Below, one piece after another: positions 61,810-64,000 of a DNA stretch of 64,000 nt. A model generated the notes under the pieces. The model saw only the letters and a program-made list of their open reading frames with translations, had not been told where the DNA came from and ran no database searches. The stretch comes from Protoeuglena noctilucae (lineage: Eukaryota). The first letter of the stretch is position 1; every line of letters begins with the position of its first letter. The DNA lies in assembly GCA_958009085.1 (NCBI GenBank), contig OY253670.1, forward strand, positions 992,001 to 1,056,000, read 5' to 3'. The translations under genes were made by a program, and so were the position numbers.

Positions 61810-64000
61810 TCAAGCCGTGGCGACAAGGCCGCTGTGGCGCAGGAGGGCCTCCGTGGACGGCGGCCTGCCCCGGAAGTCGACGAACACCTTCAGAGGCTCG
61901 CGCCCACCGCCCAGCCCGAGAACTGCAGGCGAATGGAGCGTGACCGTTGACGCCCCCCGTGTTAACTCCATCAGCCAGCCCGATCCACCCCATCAACCAG
62001 CCCGCTCACCCGTGTCCCGGAAACGCTGGCCCCTCTCGACGATGGCGGGCTCGTTGTCGAGGCCGACGTCCTCGAACGCGCTGAAGGCGTCCGCGCTCAG
62101 CACCTCGGCCCACTTGTAGCTGAAGTACCCCGCCGCGTAGCCGCCGGCGAAGATGTGGCTGAAGGAGCATAGGAAGCGGTCGTCCGGGTGCGGCTGCATG
62201 ACCGTGGTGCGCTGGGCCACCTTGCGCTCCCGGTCAAACACCGACTCCTCCCCGCCGGGCACAAACGTCGAGTGCAGGTCCAGGTCGATGCTCGCGAAGT
62301 GCAGCTGCCGGAGCGACATGGACCCCGCGCGGAAGTTCTTCGCCGCGACGAGTTTCTGGTACATTTCCTCCGGGAGCGGCTCCCCCGTCTCGTAGTGGCA
62401 GGCAAAGCTGAAGAGCGTGCGGCGCTCGTAGGCCCAGTTCTCCATGAACTGGCTCGGGAGCTCCACGGCGTCCTGCGGGCGTCGAAGGACAGTCGCGGTG
62501 ATACAGGGAGCGCGCTAGGGCCCCGTATTCGCCCCCAACGTTTTGTTGGGGGCGGGTAAGGGTAGGGTAGGGTAGGTCAAACCGGGCCTCACCCACTCGA
62601 CGCCCCGGATGCCCGCCACCAGGCCCTCCGTCTGGTTGGTGAGCATGTGCTGCAGCGCGTGGCCGAACTCGTGGAAGAGTGTCTCCACTTCACGCCACGT
62701 CATGAGCGACGGCTTGTCGCCGATGGGCGGCGTCTGGTTGCAGACCATGTGCGCCACGGGGAGCCGCACGGACTCGCCATCCCGCGCAAACAGCCGGCTC
62801 TGGCCGCACACCTCGTCCATCCAAGCACCGCCGCGCTTCTCCGCAGGCCGCGAGTAGGGGTCCAGGTAAAAGTAGGCCTTTGGCCGACCGTTCTGCATCG
62901 CACGACTCGACGACCTCCTCTCAAAGCCTGCCAGCTTCGGGCCACTTGTCGTTGGTCACCCACCGACGCAAGTCATCGCGACCTGGCGCATCGACACGCC
63001 CTTGCCCTGCTGACTGACCTGCATCACCCGGAAGAAACGGACGTCCTGGTGCCACACGGGCACCTCCCCATCCGCCGCCTCCACCTCGATCCCGAACAGG
63101 CGCCCCGCCAAAGCAAACAGGCCCTCCAACACGGCGGGGAGGGCAAAGTACGGCCGGAGCTCCTCGTCGGTGATGGCGTACCTGCGTGGATTGCAGACTT
63201 ACTGCGGCGTTCGCGCAACCCCATACATCAGTGGGACGGGGGGTGCGCCACCGCCCTGCCGTGCTCTCGCTCACTTTTTCTCCCTCAGGCGCTCGGCCCA
63301 GTAACCCGTGTCCCAGTGCATGAGCTCGTAGTCCGCGCCGTTCTCCTTGGCGAAGGCCCGGACCTCCTCCAGGTCCCTCGCAGCCGCGTCATACGACGCC
63401 ACGCGGAGCTCCTCGATCAGCTCGAGCGCCCGGGGAAGCGTGGCCATCTTGGAGGCGCAGGAAACCTCGGCGAAGTTGGCATACCCGATGAGCTTGGCCT
63501 TCTCCGCCCGGAGGATGAGGATCTGCGCAGACGTACCAGGACATCCCGTGCTATCAACACTCGTCCTTTCACCACGACCACAGCTGCTGGACTGGCTCAC
63601 GGGTCGCTGCTGGGACTGCAACGTCGCCGTCGTGTCACTCGCCCGCACCGCACCTTGTTGATGATGGGCGTGTTGTCCACGTCGCCGGACGACGCCCGCT
63701 TGATGTTCGCGAGGTACAGCTCCTCGCGCAGGGCGCGGCTCTTGGCGTGCTGAAGCACGGGCATCAGCGAGGGGATGTCCAGCGTGAACATCCACGGGCC
63801 GGCCTCCGGGGTCGAGTCGGGGTGGCCTTCCCTCTTGGCTGTCTGCGAGCGCCTGGGCCAGGGCCGGCTCAGCACCGCGCCAGGCCTGCAACACGCACCG
63901 CAGCGTCCGCTTGGATGCAGCACCCGCTGCGACCCCCGCCATGCGCAGGAGTCCTCGCCTGCGACGCCAGCGACAGGGCCGATGCAGGGAGGCCCTCGAC
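61810..64000 (-). CDS. OOP: Oligopeptidase A (M3 peptidase, organellar oligopeptidase-like), 3' part; runs off the window
   Basis: [40 protein letters not shown] (HEXXH), [37 protein letters not shown] and [17 protein letters not shown]. Confidence 0.94.

Noticed and set aside
38829..64000. Functional cluster of plastid/plastoglobule genes (FBN4, CYP28, ABC1K1, OOP)
   Set aside because: They are interspersed with unrelated genes, and plastid-targeted genes are common enough for chance co-location.
1..64000. Transposons, introner-type repeated introns, tRNA or rRNA genes
   Set aside because: I recognised no transposase/RT motifs, no near-identical introns and no structural RNA genes by eye. 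Small elements could be missed without tools.

Overview
This is GC-rich, gene-dense eukaryotic nuclear DNA with many short (about 80-250 nt) spliceosomal introns. The gene set (CHLH, FBN4, CYP28, ABC1K1, PRT1, plastid transit peptides) points to a green alga using the standard code. I hand-spliced 16 genes, in order: CHLH2-type Mg-chelatase H (+), a secreted mosaic mucin-like protein (-), DUF1990 (+), a bacterial-type Leu/Phe/Val dehydrogenase (+), PRT1-like E3 (-), a ~15 kb coiled-coil gene (+), SEC15 (-), fibrillin FBN4 (+), an Aurora-like pseudokinase (+), Pol I subunit RPA2 (+), an F-box-like orphan (-), CYP28 (+), two tandem GNATs (+), ABC1K1 (-) and the 3' part of oligopeptidase A (-). 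The most unusual signals are: frequent GC-AG introns, including a GT/GC switch at a homologous intron of the GNAT pair; a 31-bp inverted repeat clamping one GNAT exon; fold-back introns; a secreted protein built from bacterial-like domains with an RRLL-preceded Gly/Asp/Gln insert; and CHLH2 with an extra N-terminal coiled coil and a decayed Ala/Lys tail. CDS coordinates are start-to-stop spans including introns. Family assignments are from motif recall, not database searches.
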